Shown here: one piece after another, positions 31,205 to 45,682 of the stretch | Numbering within the stretch: the first letter of the stretch is position 1 | Layout of the letters: the number at the start of each line of letters is the position of its first letter | Source: Eledone cirrhosa | Lineage: Eukaryota | Assembly (NCBI GenBank): GCA_964016885.1 | Contig: OZ024743.1 | Location: 349,060,001 to 349,124,000 of the forward strand | Length of the DNA stretch: 64,000 nucleotides | Direction of reading: 5' to 3' | The notes under the pieces: generated by a model | Seen by the model: only the letters and a program-made list of their open reading frames with translations | Database searches by the model: none | Told to the model about the DNA's origin: nothing | Translations under genes and position numbers: made by a program

Positions 31205-31207
31205 ATT

Positions 31208-31238
<31 letters not shown>

Positions 31239-31269
31239 AGATCAAAAGATGGTTAAAGGAGTTCCATGT

Positions 31270-31338
31270 ATTTTATTATGCGCATTTCAAAATCAAACAT
31301 CATCATGCAATAATATTTGTGTTTTCATCAGATAAAAC
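31270..31338 (-). ncRNA. type I hammerhead ribozyme in 3' pseudo-LTR (family B)
   Basis: Mirror of 34096-34164; sense to the PLE ORF. Confidence 0.8.
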
Positions 31339-32599
31339 AGGAGAACATGATATGAAGGCTAAAAAACACTTGTGGATAGTGCAGTTTTAAATCAACATAT
31401 GAAAAGTAGTTTTAGATTGATGTGTGATATTGGGAAAAATATTTTATTTAGAGAGGGGGGTGTGGAAAGGATGAAAAAAGGGGAGGAGATGAGAGTGAAG
31501 GTGGAGAGGGAGAGATGGGTGATAGAGAGAAAGAGAGAAAGAGATAGTTTTTATAACTGAGAGAAGATATATTGTTTTACATAGAGAGGTTGAAAACCGT
31601 TGGAAGATAATGTATAAATTAAAAGAATTTGAAAATTAACGAAGGGAAAAATATGTACGAGGAAAAAATATTTTATTTAGAGAGGGGGGTGGAAAGGATG
31701 AAAAAAGGGGAGGAGATGAGAGTGAAGGTGGAGAGGGAGAGATGGGTGATAGAGAGAAAGAGATAGTTTTTATAACTGAGAAAAGTTATATTGTCTTACA
31801 TAGAGAGGTTGAGAACCGTTGGAAGATAATGTATAAATTAAAAGAATTTGAAAATTAACGAAGGGAAAGAGAGGGAGTTGATATGTATTGATATTAAAAA
31901 GTTTGAAGATAGAGAGAAAAAAAAATAATAATTGCGGATGAATATTCTAACGTCAAAAGGTGTATGTTTATAAGTATTATGGCAATTTCAAAATTGACGA
32001 AGAGAAAAAAATTATTAAGGTTTGTGTGTAGGAGTTAAAGTTTGTATATTGAAGGAATTGATAATATGTGCGAAGAAAGAGTTAATATGTATTAAAATTA
32101 TTAAGGTTTTTGTGTATTAGATGATTTGAGAAAAATAATGTGAAGTTAAGGTTTTTATATTGAAGGAATTGATAATTTGTGCGAAGAAATAGTTAATATG
32201 TATTAAGAATGTGTTAGTTGGTGGGAAGAAAAAAATATATATTATTAAGGATGAATATTCTAGCGTCAAAAAAAGGAGGAGAGGGAGTTAATGTATTGAG
32301 ATTGAAAAGTTTGATGATGGAGAGAAAAAATGATAATAATTGCGGATGAATATTCTAACGTCAAAAAAACAAATGTATATGTTATGAGGATTTTACAAGT
32401 ATTATAGAGTGTATAATGCCCTTTGAAGTAAGGTAGGAAGAATGGGTATATTTTAAAGAGGTGTATGTATATGTGCCTTTGAGAAAAGATTATAAATTGA
32501 TAAAGAATTGAATATAAGGAAGAGATTTAGTATTTAGTATTTTATTGTTGTGTATATGTGCCTTTGAGAAAATATTCTAAATTGATAAAGAATTGAATA

Positions 32600-33879
32600 T
32601 TAGCTGTATACTTTGTGAAAGGTCCTATGGAATTTATGCAGGCAGATAGAAAACAAATCTGTACGTCTATTTATTATAGAATCTAGATTAGAGATAATGG
32701 TAAATTTTTCATTTAGGCAGAGATTACAGATTTTAGATAGAGAGCTGTTCAAGTATGAGGACGCAGAAGAAACCTTCTTCCAAAAGATGGTATATTTAAT
32801 GTTTTTGTCTTTCAAGGACCATATGAGTTCTGAGAGAGCCGTGTTGGTTCTTTTAAGTTTGTATTTAAAAGATGAATGATGATTATAGAGACGAGCTTTA
32901 AAAGAGGTGGAAGTGGAGCCAAAATAGGTGAAGGAATTGGTGCTAGTTATAACTTTACATTCATAAGTTAAGTTTTTATCAAGACAATGGTTGTTGAGAG
33001 GACATTTATTTTTAATGCGGCAGTTGCAATTAGAGAGATTATTAATGAGTGACCTAGTGTTATCTATAGAAGGAATTGGATTGGAGAAGTTGTTTGCGAT
33101 AGGAATAATAGGAATAATAGTTTCTTGATTTAGAGTTGGATTATGAACATTTAGCGAAGTTGTGTTTGACGTTGTATTTGGGTTTACAGAAGTTAGCCTA
33201 GGGTTTACAATGACGTCGGGAGTACTATTAATGTTATTATGAAATTCAATGTTGGAAGGAAGAGATTTAGTATTTAGTATTTTATTGTTGTGTTTAGAGA
33301 TAATGTTGGAAATATTGGAGGATGTAGAATAAGAAAATTTGATGGTGTGTTTGTTAAATATTTTACTATAGATATGTGAGGGAGGGAAGCATTTATTTAA
33401 GGCACTAAAAAATAATTTAGGAATATTGTTATTAATAGAGATGGAGAAAGGAGCATTATACCAGATTATGTTTTTGTATCTAGGTCTTTTATTAGAGTTA
33501 TTGGAATGATCATGATTAATTATTCTACTGTAAGTTTTTCTAGAATTTGTTTCTTTACTATATTTGATTTTATCTGGATAACCGGCTTTAGAAAGTGCGT
33601 TATTATAGTAATTGGCGTTAGCATCAAATATGTTTTTATTAGAAGATATGTTAGATATTCTTTTTCCAATATTACTAACTATAGCATTCTTGATATTGGT
33701 AGGATGGTTAGATTTAAAGTTAACATAATTTAGGTTCTCATTGTTTTTATGGTAAGGGTAATATAGGCCAGTGTCAAGATTAAGAGATACATCCAAGAAA
33801 TTAGCTAGTTTGATACTATTATCAAATTCAATTTTTAGGTTATGTTGGTTAAAGAGATTACGTATATTGAATAAATAAT
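32600..33879 (-). CDS. PLE polyprotein C-terminal half (RT thumb, CxCx5C linker, GIY-YIG endonuclease), open but 5'-truncated
   Basis: NFLDVSLNL..YPYHK..SNHP..IIWYNAPFS..CNCRIKNKCPL..LTYECKV..YFGSTSTSFKARLYNH..TALSELIW..CNLCLNEK..CLH; the first residues of the 438-aa ORF come from an unrelated 70-bp insert. Confidence 0.9.
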
Positions 33880-34095
33880 AATCAGAATAAATTACTATAT
33901 TAACAAAAACATGCAAGATGTTAGGAGAAATTTGAAGGGAAATTTATTTTTCATCCTTTTTCATCCTTTCCACCCCCCCTCTCTAAATAAAATATTTTTC
34001 CCAATATCACACATCAATCTAAAACTACTTTTCATATGTTGATTTAAAACTGCACTATCCACAAGTGTTTTTTAGCCTTCATATCATGTTCTCCT

Positions 34096-34164
34096 GTTTT
34101 ATCTGATGAAAACACAAATATTATTGCATGATGATGTTTGTTTTTGAAATGCGCATAATAAAAT
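34096..34164 (+). ncRNA. type I hammerhead ribozyme in inverted pseudo-LTR (family B)
   Basis: gttttat CTGATGA aaacacaaata..tgtttgttttt GAAA tgcgca TA ataaaat. Confidence 0.82.
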
Positions 34165-34291
34165 ACATGGAACTCCTTTAACCATCTCTTGATCTTATAT
34201 ATTATGTATACTCCAGTCCTACAAACTGTAGAGTGCTTCTTATCCGATATCTGCATTGCTTTATTGTACTACAATAAAACTCACCTCCTAC

Positions 34292-34322
<31 letters not shown>

Positions 34323-34873
34323 CATATATATATGAAGCCACGGTATATCCATTCACATCGCATCTTTAACATGGTACAACTCCTATACTTATTGTTACCT
34401 CTTTCTCTACACTTATAAAAGTTTCCATTCGTTCTTCCTAATTTATTCCTCTAAACTATTCCTATAGTACACACATTGTTCTTATTTTCCCTCAAATATT
34501 TTCTTACAAACACGTGTCTAATTGTTTGCGTGTGAGTAAATATCCAGCTCTCGTAGACGATTTTGTTACTGGTGTTGAAACACGGGTTTGATTGTGTAAT
34601 CAAATAAATTTCCCTTCAAATTTCTCCTAACATCTTGCATGTTTTTGTTAATATAGTAATTTATTCTGATTTACTCGGCGAACACTTGGAACCTGTACCA
34701 CACTCGAGGATTTAACACCTGGAATATTATATCACAGAAATGTATTAACCACGTTGAGAAAAATATTTGTCAAGCTGTTCTTACACTAGTATTTATATAA
34801 TCATTCCACAAATACGGTTTTAACGACACAGGGACACCTCCATTAAATTATCAGACACGCGCACACACACGCA

Positions 34874-35214
<341 letters not shown>

Positions 35215-35281
35215 TAATGATTATCTAAATATTAGTGAAAGAACAGCTCGACAAATATTTTTCTCAACGTGGTTAATAAAT

Positions 35282-35313
<32 letters not shown>

Positions 35314-36440
35314 CATACATATCTACCTATATGTATACGTGTTCTTCTATGTACGTGTGCATATATGTGTGTGGATGTGTTCTATAAATTATTGTTCTAT
35401 AAATGCTAAAAATAATTTAAAGTTGTTTCAAATTCAACACGTGATTGTGAAATCTAAATCCATGCTAGAATATGTTGTTAAATCACAACATAATTACCAT
35501 CATTTAAATTTTGACTGAACTGCCTAATCGGATGTCTCTCCTATTGTAGCAACACATTAAGTTTCTTCTCCTGTTAATGGTTATAGGAAGAAATGACAGT
35601 TTCTCCTCCATATATGTTGCAGATGAAGTGCGGTTGATGACCTAGGTTTCACATTAAATGGGACAAGTGTGTGTTATTTTCTCTTCCTTTGAATGTTAGA
35701 TAAAAGAGCCTATAGGAATCCGCAGGCATACGATATCCTACACCGAACATTAGAGCTTCACCTACTCTTTGGGCATGTTCGAGGCAGAAAGCACACAACA
35801 CAAAGCCACAGAGCCATGCATGCAATAAAAACGCCTACACCATCCAATGCATCAAACGATCATCAACACCAACTTCACATACAAGTGTACATTTAGTTTG
35901 GTGTAACACAAATGCTTCAATTTCCCACTGATGTTTCTGCGTTACATAATACACGAACATTGTTTCCTCATTATATTATGGATAACTTGTTTTCAGCAAT
36001 GTGAAGTACGTAGACTGCAGGTGTAAATTTTAAATATGAAGATTTTGAACTGAAGACGTGAGAGTACGCAATATTTGGCGGAGTCCGACATCCTTATGGA
36101 ATGGTCTCGACGTAGTACCATTTATCTGAACACAATTTGAGGGATCAGAGCTCCGATACTACGGCTACGGGGTCTGAATGTTTAACGAAAGAAACACTCG
36201 AGAAATTTCATTGAAAAATATAACCGCTAGGAGAACTGAGATGTAGACCTCGATCAAGGTAGATAGATAACAGCCATGACCTAATGTTGTTAGGATACAG
36301 CTGGAGCAATTGGAGAGAGCTGCTTCTGACAGGACCAACTGGGAGCCTTGCATGACGGGTCTGTCACTACGATACACCCATGAATAAGTGAGCAAATAAG
36401 AAGAAAAGAGTAGTAGAAAAAGAAAAGTTTTGAGAGAGAG

Positions 36441-36518
<78 letters not shown>

Positions 36519-36795
36519 CTCTCTCTCAAAACTATATATATATATAGACAGAGAGAGAGAGAGAGGGAGGGAGGGGAGGGAAAGAGAGAGAATGTAAAAA
36601 GAAAATAATACAAATAATGGTTTCTGACTTAGGCACATGGCCAATAATTTTGAGGGAAGGAAAGTGGATTAAATCGACACCAGTGCGTTACTGGTACCCC
36701 ATTTTATCGGTCTTGTAAGGATGAAAAGCAAAGCTAATCTCGGCGGAATTTGAACGCAAAATATATAAGGGGAAGCAGCTATATGATGATATTAA

Positions 36796-36988
36796 TAATT
36801 GTTTCTACAATAGGCACAAGGCCAGCAATTATCCCAGTGTATTACTGGTACTTTATTTATCGACCCCCGTTAGGATGAAAGGCCAAGTTAACCCCGACGG
36901 GATTTGAACTCAGAATGGCAAGGGCCGTAACTCTATGCGTCAAAGCATGGCGTCCAACCCTCTACCGATACTGCCAATTCACCGCCCT
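36796..36988 (-). mobile_element. SINE family 1, full length
   Basis: Reverse complement of the 14661-14850 sequence; diverged relatives adjacent at about 36620-36760 and 37005-37145. Confidence 0.88.
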
Positions 36989-37183
36989 GATGATATTAAT
37001 AATGTTTTCTGATTTAGGCACAAGGCCAACAATTTGGCGAGGGAAATTCGACTAATCCGAAATTCAACGCGTTACTGGCATTTTATTTTATCGAACAGGC
37101 AAAAACGAAAGATAATGCTAAGACCTACGGGGTTTGAATTCTGAACGAAAAAATCTATGATGATATTAACAGTAAGAGCGATA

Positions 37184-37340
37184 ATAATTGTTTCTACTTT
37201 AGGCACAAGGCCAGCAAATACCCAGTGCATTACTGGTACTTTATTTTATCGACCCCGTAAGGGTGAAAGGCAAAGTCAACCTCGGGAGGATTTGCTGGAA
37301 AGCATGGCGTCCTACGCTCTACCGATACTGCCAATCCAGC
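37184..37340 (-). mobile_element. SINE family 1 (internal deletion)
   Basis: ttgtttctactttaggcacaaggccag..actggtactttattttatcgaccccgtaagg. Confidence 0.88.
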
Positions 37341-37551
37341 GATAATAATGGTAATAATAAACAATAGTATAATGATTTATTCTAAATTATATATATATAT
37401 AAATATATATATATATAATTTAGAATGTGGAACCAACCAACCAACCAGAAATGTATAAATTTGTAAATTTATAAATATATAATAAATTAAATTGAAGTGA
37501 AAGCAACTGGTGCGTGTGTTTCTTATCGGCAACATGACCCTCCCAAAGTAT

Positions 37552-37701
<150 letters not shown>

Positions 37702-37702
37702 G

Positions 37703-37751
<49 letters not shown>

Positions 37752-38193
37752 GCGTGTGTGTGTGTGTGTAAATATATATATTTATATACGCACATACACT
37801 GAAACATCACATGTATACTCACCCCCTTTAATAAAATATAGACGATTAAAACTGTATTTTCCGCTTGATGACGATAGATATATGTAAACAAAGATTTAGA
37901 CCAATTTCTAAGCATCTAGATAGATCTTTTTACAAAACAGAATTTTCAAATGGATTTTTTATATAAACTGAATCCTTATAAATTATGCTATCTCTAATAT
38001 TCATGTTTATAACCTTGATTTCCTTCCTTATTCTTGTGCTTGTTAACGCTTTTTTTCTGCCTATATCTTTTTAGTTATTTTTTTACTGTCTTTCATTTTC
38101 CTGGTGTCTTTGTCAGTATACAGATATACATGGATTTAGTTATTAATCCTCTTTTGTTTAGATTTTGTTTGCTAATTATCTAGCCGTGAGTGT

Positions 38194-38228
<35 letters not shown>

Positions 38229-38269
38229 TAGATAGATATATTTATTTATTTCATATATACATATATATA

Positions 38270-38334
<65 letters not shown>

Positions 38335-38642
38335 CGACACGTACACATATGTATATTTATATATATACATACATATATATATATTTATATATACATATGA
38401 TGTGAAAATGAAAAGTTACCGAAGAATAGATCAAGACAAAGATTGCGCTCTATGCAAAGTACACAGCCAAAATATTTTATATTAAAAAGATCGCACCACA
38501 AATGCAGGCTACCTAAGGTTTCAAACTTGAACTAGCATAGTACATGGACATTCTATATGTGCTTGTATAGTTAGCCCAAGGTAAAACCAAGATGGCTGAA
38601 CGTTATTTCATATTTGAGATCACTTCAGATGTAAGAGAGTTA

Positions 38643-38817
38643 ATAATTGTTTTTACTTTTGGCACAAGGCCAGCAGTTAGCCGCTGTGTATTACTGGTAC
38701 TTTATTTTATCGGCCCCGTAAGTCTGAAAGGCAAAGTTAACCCCGGCTGGATTTGAACTCATAGCATAAAGGGTCGTAAGTCTATGTTGCAAAGCATGGT
38801 GTCCGACCCTCTGCCAA
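38643..38817 (-). mobile_element. SINE family 1
   Basis: Same core: actggtactttattttatcggccccgtaag..gaaaggcaaagttaacc..ggatttgaactc. Confidence 0.85.
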
Positions 38818-38895
38818 AGAGATGTAATAATATGATAATACATTTAGGTTAGGGTTATGCAGGAGAAGCAACCCATTAGTCTTCAAGTTATATAT

Positions 38896-38956
<61 letters not shown>

Positions 38957-38960
38957 TATG

Positions 38961-39003
<43 letters not shown>

Positions 39004-39129
39004 AGGAGAAAATGTTGAAGAGATATTTTCAGTGAAATATCTAAACATTAATTTATTTACCGGTTTCAGCATTATATGAATTGTCAATTGTGGATATACA
39101 GAATATTGTTAAGTGGCATATTTGTACAA

Positions 39130-39160
<31 letters not shown>

Positions 39161-40067
39161 TAGAAATAAAAAGGGGAAGAAAATTAATTTTTACATACAT
39201 ATTCATTCAGAGAAGAGAGTTCATTTCTCTGTCCATCCTTCTCTATTAATAGCTTGGTTGTGACTGGTAATATTAGGGGGGAGAACGAGAAGGAGAGGGT
39301 AGAAGAAGGAGGGCAGAGGAGAAGTAGAAGGAGGATGAGGCAGGGGCTAATTGTGGGGGCAGACTGCTGTGAGAGACCCTTTGAAGAGTGGATGCACGCT
39401 CTAGCTGGGACTGGTTTGAAAGGCCAGGTGACCTTAGAGTTGATCGGGTGTTGATTGCTTCTAAAAATATCTATCTTGGTATTTTTTCTTAGAAGGAGTC
39501 ATCAATATTGACCTTGTTTTATTTGCCATAAAGAAGATTAAGAGTTATTGAGATACTAATTCCATCTCTAGCATGAATTTCGGTTGATTGTTTCTAAAAA
39601 TAAAATATCTATCAATTTGCGTAAGTACCCGGTGACATTTTCAGCTGTAAATTCCATAATAAATGAATACCAGCGAAATGATAGTAAACACATTCCAAGT
39701 GGCTTTAAGGAAACAAGCAGAGAAAAAAAAAACAGAGAAGAAATATGTGTGTTCATGTTTTTGATCCAGACACGATTGAAGCAACATCTTGTTAGTATGC
39801 CCCATCATCTCTGAGTCCGGGTTCTCACGCAACTTTGCCACTGAATGTGCATAGTGTTTGCAGAAATAAATAATTAAGGAAATCCCACCTATTTCGCCTC
39901 CTGTCATTTTACTTTACCATATATTTCACACCGTTCCCGAACCACCGACATGATTCAACATCAAAGATGGATGAGTTGCGTAACGTCGCGTGCTTTCCTC
40001 ATGTTACGTAATGGTTAACATTACAGAATGACCAATTCTACCAAATGGTAAAAGACCAAATTTAAAC

Positions 40068-40097
<30 letters not shown>

Positions 40098-40098
<1 letters not shown>

Positions 40099-40368
40099 AC
40101 GAAGGGATTGTGGTAAGGAACCAGACGGACCATAACGCACCAAAGTACTCAATACTTAGGGTAGTAGAGTGGGTAATAGGAACAAGTATGACCTCGACGG
40201 CAGAGCTCAAGCCGTTTTGACGGCTATTTCGTGTCCAGAAAGAGCCGTCGAAACGGCTTGAGCTCTGCCGTTCGGGTCATACTTGTTCCTATTACCCACT
40301 CTACTACCCTAAGTATTGAGTACTTTTGTGCGTTTTGGTCCTTCTGCTTCCTTACCACAATCCCTTCG

Positions 40369-40370
<2 letters not shown>
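40098..40370. mobile_element. fold-back element family E, copy 1 (both arms full length)
   Basis: aacgaaggg..aagccgttttgacggct / agccgtcgaaacggctt..cccttcgtt; (TA)n on both sides. Confidence 0.92.
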
Positions 40371-40428
<58 letters not shown>

Positions 40429-41699
40429 GTTTAAATAACCGAGGTGTCCTACACGAGTGAAAATAGCAGGAAAAAAGATGAAATTGAAAAATGCAACTGG
40501 AGTCTTTTTTTTTTTTATATATAATTATTTGAGCCTTTACCGGTTTCGCAGTTCTTCTGCTTTTCAAAAGTAGAATTGAGATGGAGGGTCTGTGGTTTTT
40601 CTCACATATATATATATACACAATGCTTAGGTATCAAAACATATCCAATGTGTATGATAACCCTGTTTCACTTGAAATAAGCACGTTGGACCTCAATTAT
40701 GAACATCAAGATTTCAAATTTAAAGGATATATTTAGAGAGAGAGAAAAACCCTTACACAGTACTAAATGTTCTGGGGATAAATGTTCAGAATATGTTTGA
40801 AATACTATGGGATTGTTTAGATATGTTGGTGCGATAGTCATTATTACTTATAATACAACTAACTTATACCAATGGCTTCTGTTTGAGCCGGCATCTATTC
40901 CTTGCATATTTCTTTGCTTAATCACCTTTATACATATATTTCCATATAAGGTTTATATTTATATATTTTGTAATTTGTTTATATTCGTATGTGTATGTGT
41001 GTAACGAGAAACTTTGAGCAGCGGCCCACGAAGACTCAGCTTTGTATAAATATTATTCTATTCCATTACGCTATTGACTATTTTTCTATTTTCCTCCTCG
41101 TTGATCTATATGCTAACTATAAACACACACGCCGCACTTACAAACGCACACAAACACATACAAACACATGGGCACACAGGCATATATACATTCACACTGA
41201 CATTCACATACTGACAGATACTATCACCGACATATGTTCACGAACATACACACAATCTCACACATATGCTGTCACATGATGGACTTGAGCTATTGTATGA
41301 GATGCGCCATTTTAACATCTGATAAAATCCAGTGAATAAATGGTGTAGCTGATGTCAAATATGTTGTCAATAAAATAATATCAGACTTGTGTTGATCAAC
41401 ATAATTTTATTACTAAACAATATGTCCCGTCATCTGCTCGTTCTACCTATCAGTATTATTTATGGATATAACTACGTCTTCTCTTTTTTATATGCTTTTA
41501 ACGCTTTTTCTGTCATTCTCTCGCGCCGTCATTGTCTCCGTAACTCCTTAGTTCCTTACTCACTTTCTATCCTTACTCATGTCTATCGACCCCACCTATC
41601 CCTTTTCTTCCTTCCTTGTTTAATCATTCTCCACCTCAATCTTTTGGGAAGATTCTTTACATAAGTACACAAACTAATACTGAAAAACACTCAACTTTA

Positions 41700-41812
<113 letters not shown>

Positions 41813-42217
41813 GTTTCTCTGTGTTTCTATGTGTCTGTCGGTCCAGCTATCAATATGCTGGTCTGTCTGTCTATCTCCTTGTCATCTCCATTCCTCTTCT
41901 CTTATGATGTTTACATACACACACTCAAACAAACATTTATTTCAAATCTCTCTCTCACTCTCTATCTCTCTTTCTCTCTCTTCCGATACGTCTATCACAT
42001 TTACTCCCTCTCCATGTTCATCTTCTACTTAACCTTTACCACTCAGCGTATCTCTTTGTACTGCAGTCATTATGAAGTTCTCCACCTTTCACTGGCTTTC
42101 TCATTCTTTCTCGTTCACTTCAACACTATATATTTCTTCCTCTACCCCTATTGAGTCACACTCTTTCTCTTAGTCATGTTACCAATGTTTTGAAAATGGC
42201 TCTGAGAGTAACATTAT

Positions 42218-42392
42218 GTATCGGTAGAGGGTCGGACGCAATGCTTTGCAGCATAGAAATGCGGCCCTGTATGTCCTATGCTCAAATCCCACCGAGGTTA
42301 ACTTTGCCTTTCATCCTTACGGTGTTGGTAAAATAAAGCACCAGTAATGAACTGGATAATTGCTGACCTTCTGCCAAAAGAAGAAGCAATTA
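42218..42392 (+). mobile_element. SINE family 1
   Basis: gtatcggtagagggtcggacgc..ctttgcctttcatccttacgg.. Confidence 0.82.
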
Positions 42393-42456
42393 TATACAAT
42401 ATTTCATTTGCATGTCTATCTCTTTCACTCTCACCCCTCCCTCTCTCTCTCTCTCC

Positions 42457-42487
<31 letters not shown>

Positions 42488-42651
42488 CATGTGTGTGTAT
42501 ATTGAGTATATGTTGATTTTTACCGATACCTCAGTATGCTGATTGGAGCACACTACGAAGTACGCAGGCTGGTTTGTTTTCTCCGGAGTATGGTAAAATA
42601 ATTAACTCAAATATGTAAAATTTGGCTTCGTTTATTATAAATTATAGATAT

Positions 42652-42706
42652 ACTGCTATATATATTTCGATGACAGCCATCATTGGCTGTGACCTCTTCA
42701 AGCAGT
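42652..42706 (-). ncRNA. hammerhead ribozyme (family F), one core substitution
   Basis: Minus strand: actgc TTGAAGA ggtcacagcc aatgat ggctgtcatc GAAA tatata TA gcagt; the other arm (46728-46766) retains actgcCTGA but has a deletion. Confidence 0.72.
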
Positions 42707-43019
42707 CCGAATCGGTGTGGGAAAGACAGGTACACATGTTGTTGAAGTGTGTTTTACTCCGTCAATACATCGATGTGTCCAGCCCCTGGTTGTGTTGTTA
42801 TTTCTCTGAGGTACTGGAATCATATGAGTTAGAACAAACGAATTTTGGCGTCATAGGACACTATCGCATCCAAATGGTCAGTTGTGAGAACATTTCTCAG
42901 TCAAAAGTCTATAGAAATTATTCTGAGGCAAGACAATCTGTTGTAGTTGTAGTGGTGTTAAGGGGTCAGCTGGCAGGTCAGCTTTAGTGTGTTACTGCCA
43001 TGTTAAGAATAATTTGTGT

Positions 43020-43470
43020 AAGAACAGTCAGGAACTAGAGAAAAACACAATGGAAAGCATCCAGCAAATAGCTAACTCCATCCACCAGAGTATTAGAGTT
43101 ACTATAGACTACCCAAGTAAACACCCCAAACATCGATTACCTGTACTAGACACAGAGCTCTGGTTAGATACCATTAATAACAAAAAAAGATCCTCCATTC
43201 CCATTATGCCAAACCCATGACTTCCAAACATCTGATCCACCGAAACTCGGCTGTTTCGGACCATACCAAAATCAACATACTGATTGCGGATTTGGTACGG
43301 GTGATAAGAAACGTGCCCCGCATGTGCAACCCCGAAGAACTAGAGAGACACATACAACACTTCATCCACCGTATGCATTTCTCTGGTTACAATCAGAGAG
43401 ATAAAATCAGAGTGTATAGAGGAGCCAGAACCAAATGGGAGAACATTTAGACTGAATAAAAATGGCGTAG
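43020..43470 (+). pseudogene. PLE RT thumb fragment (second lineage), one frameshift
   Basis: TMESIQQIANSI..DYPSKH..LPVLDTELW / HYAKPMTSKHLIHRNSA..RVIRNV..FSGYNQRD. Confidence 0.85.
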
Positions 43471-43499
43471 CCATACAATTCAACAGGAGGAAACAATAG

Positions 43500-43545
43500 C
43501 ACCACTGACGATGTTGCAGATGTGCAACGAAAGATTTATGATAAA
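43500..43545 (+). ncRNA. hammerhead-like motif (weak stem I)
   Basis: CTGACGA t gttgca gatg tgcaac GAAA gatt TA. Confidence 0.55.
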
Positions 43546-43947
43546 CTATATACATGTGCTTGTGTCTATATTGTATCTGTATTATTTTTGACCGTCGGTC
43601 AGTCAATGGCAACATTGAGGACCGAGTATATTAGATTACCGATATAAAAGACACAGAAGCGAAAAGCGAAAACCAACCAAACAGTGAGTGTGTTCTGTTA
43701 TTAATTATGGCAATATTGCACAAATATGACCCTCCCCAAGTATGACAATATTTGTTTCGACACACGATTTCATATAAAAAACCTCGCAAAACTAATTCAT
43801 CGCCGTTATATATATATATATATAAACGGAAAATATGAAACGAAATTTCATTTCTCACTCTTAGTACGGCTGTTACTTAAATATAAGTATGTATACGTAC
43901 ATACATATATGTATACAGACGTACAGTAGTATGTATATATATATATG

Positions 43948-44034
<87 letters not shown>

Positions 44035-44036
<2 letters not shown>

Positions 44037-44219
44037 CGAAGGAAATGTGGTAGGGAACCAGGTGGACCATAACGCACCAAAGTACTCAATACTTGAGGTA
44101 GTAGAGTGGGTAATAGGAACCAGTAAGACCCCGACAGCTGAGCTCAAGCCGTTTCGACGGCTGATTCCAGAATTAGCCGTCGAAACGGCTTGAGCTCAGC
44201 TGTCGGGGTCTTACTGGTT

Positions 44220-44222
<3 letters not shown>
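44035..44222. mobile_element. fold-back element family E, copy 2
   Basis: Long left arm; short right arm ending ggttccta(TA)n. Confidence 0.92.
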
Positions 44223-44268
<46 letters not shown>

Positions 44269-44349
44269 CGTACCGATATATTATCACTACATTATTGATA
44301 ACCTGAAATTTTATATATATATATATATATACATGCACAAATATATATA

Positions 44350-44855
44350 TGTACGTATGGATTCACCGAACATTTATTATAATGCCCGAATTAAGCCGTA
44401 CAGTGTCTAGCAACCATCGTTGATCATTTGTTCAACACTGACAAAGGAACGCTGTACTAGTTTCAAGCTTATTAGCTATCGTCAGCAACGTATACCTTCC
44501 TGTCAGATGGTTGAACGTCTGAAAGCACTAAGAGTGAGAAATGAAATTTCGTTTCATTTTTTCCATTTGTCGTTTTCAGTACCCCGGCCGATTAACTCAC
44601 TCGATATGCAAATTAAGCTGCTCTGCCGTTAATATGCATTCGGAAAGTATATACTTTCAGACGTTCAACCATCTGGCAGGAAGGTATACGTTGCTGACGA
44701 TAGCTAATAAGCTTGAAACTAGTACAGCGTTCGTTTGTCAGTGTGGAACATATGAGCAACGATAGTTGCTAGACACTATATGGCTTAATTCGGGATGTTT
44801 GTTTACAAACACACCGAGCATTATAATAAATGTTGCGGGAATCCATACGTACATA
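44350..44855. mobile_element. fold-back element family G
   Basis: 44350-44525 is inverted to about 44654-44852; hammerhead in both arms. Confidence 0.88.
44689..44729 (+). ncRNA. 41-nt minimal type I hammerhead ribozyme (family G)
   Basis: cgttg CTGACGA tagct aata agctt GAAA ctag TA cagcg; identical mirror at 44450-44490 (-); third copy at 45416-45456 with GAAC. Confidence 0.85.
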
Positions 44856-44873
44856 TATATATGTGTGTGCATG

Positions 44874-44909
<36 letters not shown>

Positions 44910-44912
<3 letters not shown>

Positions 44913-45123
44913 AGCTTTGACGTACCCTTTTAAAATGCAACCATTATTTTTGGAAGCCATCTGGATAGTATCCCTGAAATATGTATAATGAAATAAATAT
45001 GGTTTTATAAATATAGTTTCCATTTATTAATATCGTATATCTACTCCAAATTCTTGTCGAGTGCTTTATATCAGTTATAAAAATATTTACTTGTTGTATC
45101 CCAACAATTTTAAATAGAACTGT

Positions 45124-45127
<4 letters not shown>
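44910..45127 (+). mobile_element. family D-related pseudo-LTR/tail fragment
   Basis: gaaatatgtataatgaaataaatatggttttataaatatagtttccattt..gagtgct; matches 56518-56670 inverted. Confidence 0.7.
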
Positions 45128-45184
<57 letters not shown>

Positions 45185-45189
<5 letters not shown>

Positions 45190-45598
45190 CTACTGTACGT
45201 CTGTATACATATATGTATGTACGTATACATACTTATATTTAAGTAACAGCCGTACTAAGAGTGAGAAATGAAATTTCGTTTCATTTTTTCCGTTTATCGT
45301 TTTCCGTACCCCGGCCGATTAACTCACTCGATATGCAAATTAGGCTGCTCAGCTGTTAATATGCATAATGAAAGTATATACTTTCAGACGTTCAACCATC
45401 TGACAGGAAGGTATACGTTGCTGACGATAGCTAATAAGCTTGAACCTAGTACATCGTTCCTTTGTCAGTGTTGAACAAATGAGCAACGATGGTTGCTAGA
45501 CACTGTACGGCTCAATTCGGGATGTTTGTATACAAATACACCGAGCATTATAATAAATGTTCGGTGAATCCATACGTACATATATATATGTGTTCATG

Positions 45599-45638
<40 letters not shown>

Positions 45639-45682
45639 CTACTGTACGTTTGTATACATATATGTATGTACGTATACATAGT

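Larger units (their letters stand above)
31231..34292 (-). mobile_element. 5'-truncated Penelope-like retroelement with inverted pseudo-LTRs and tail, inserted in (TA)n
   Basis: pLTR 31231-31480 is inverted to about 33958-34203; extra tail 34204-34292; internal RT-thumb + GIY-YIG ORF; 3' UTR has internal duplications. Confidence 0.93.
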
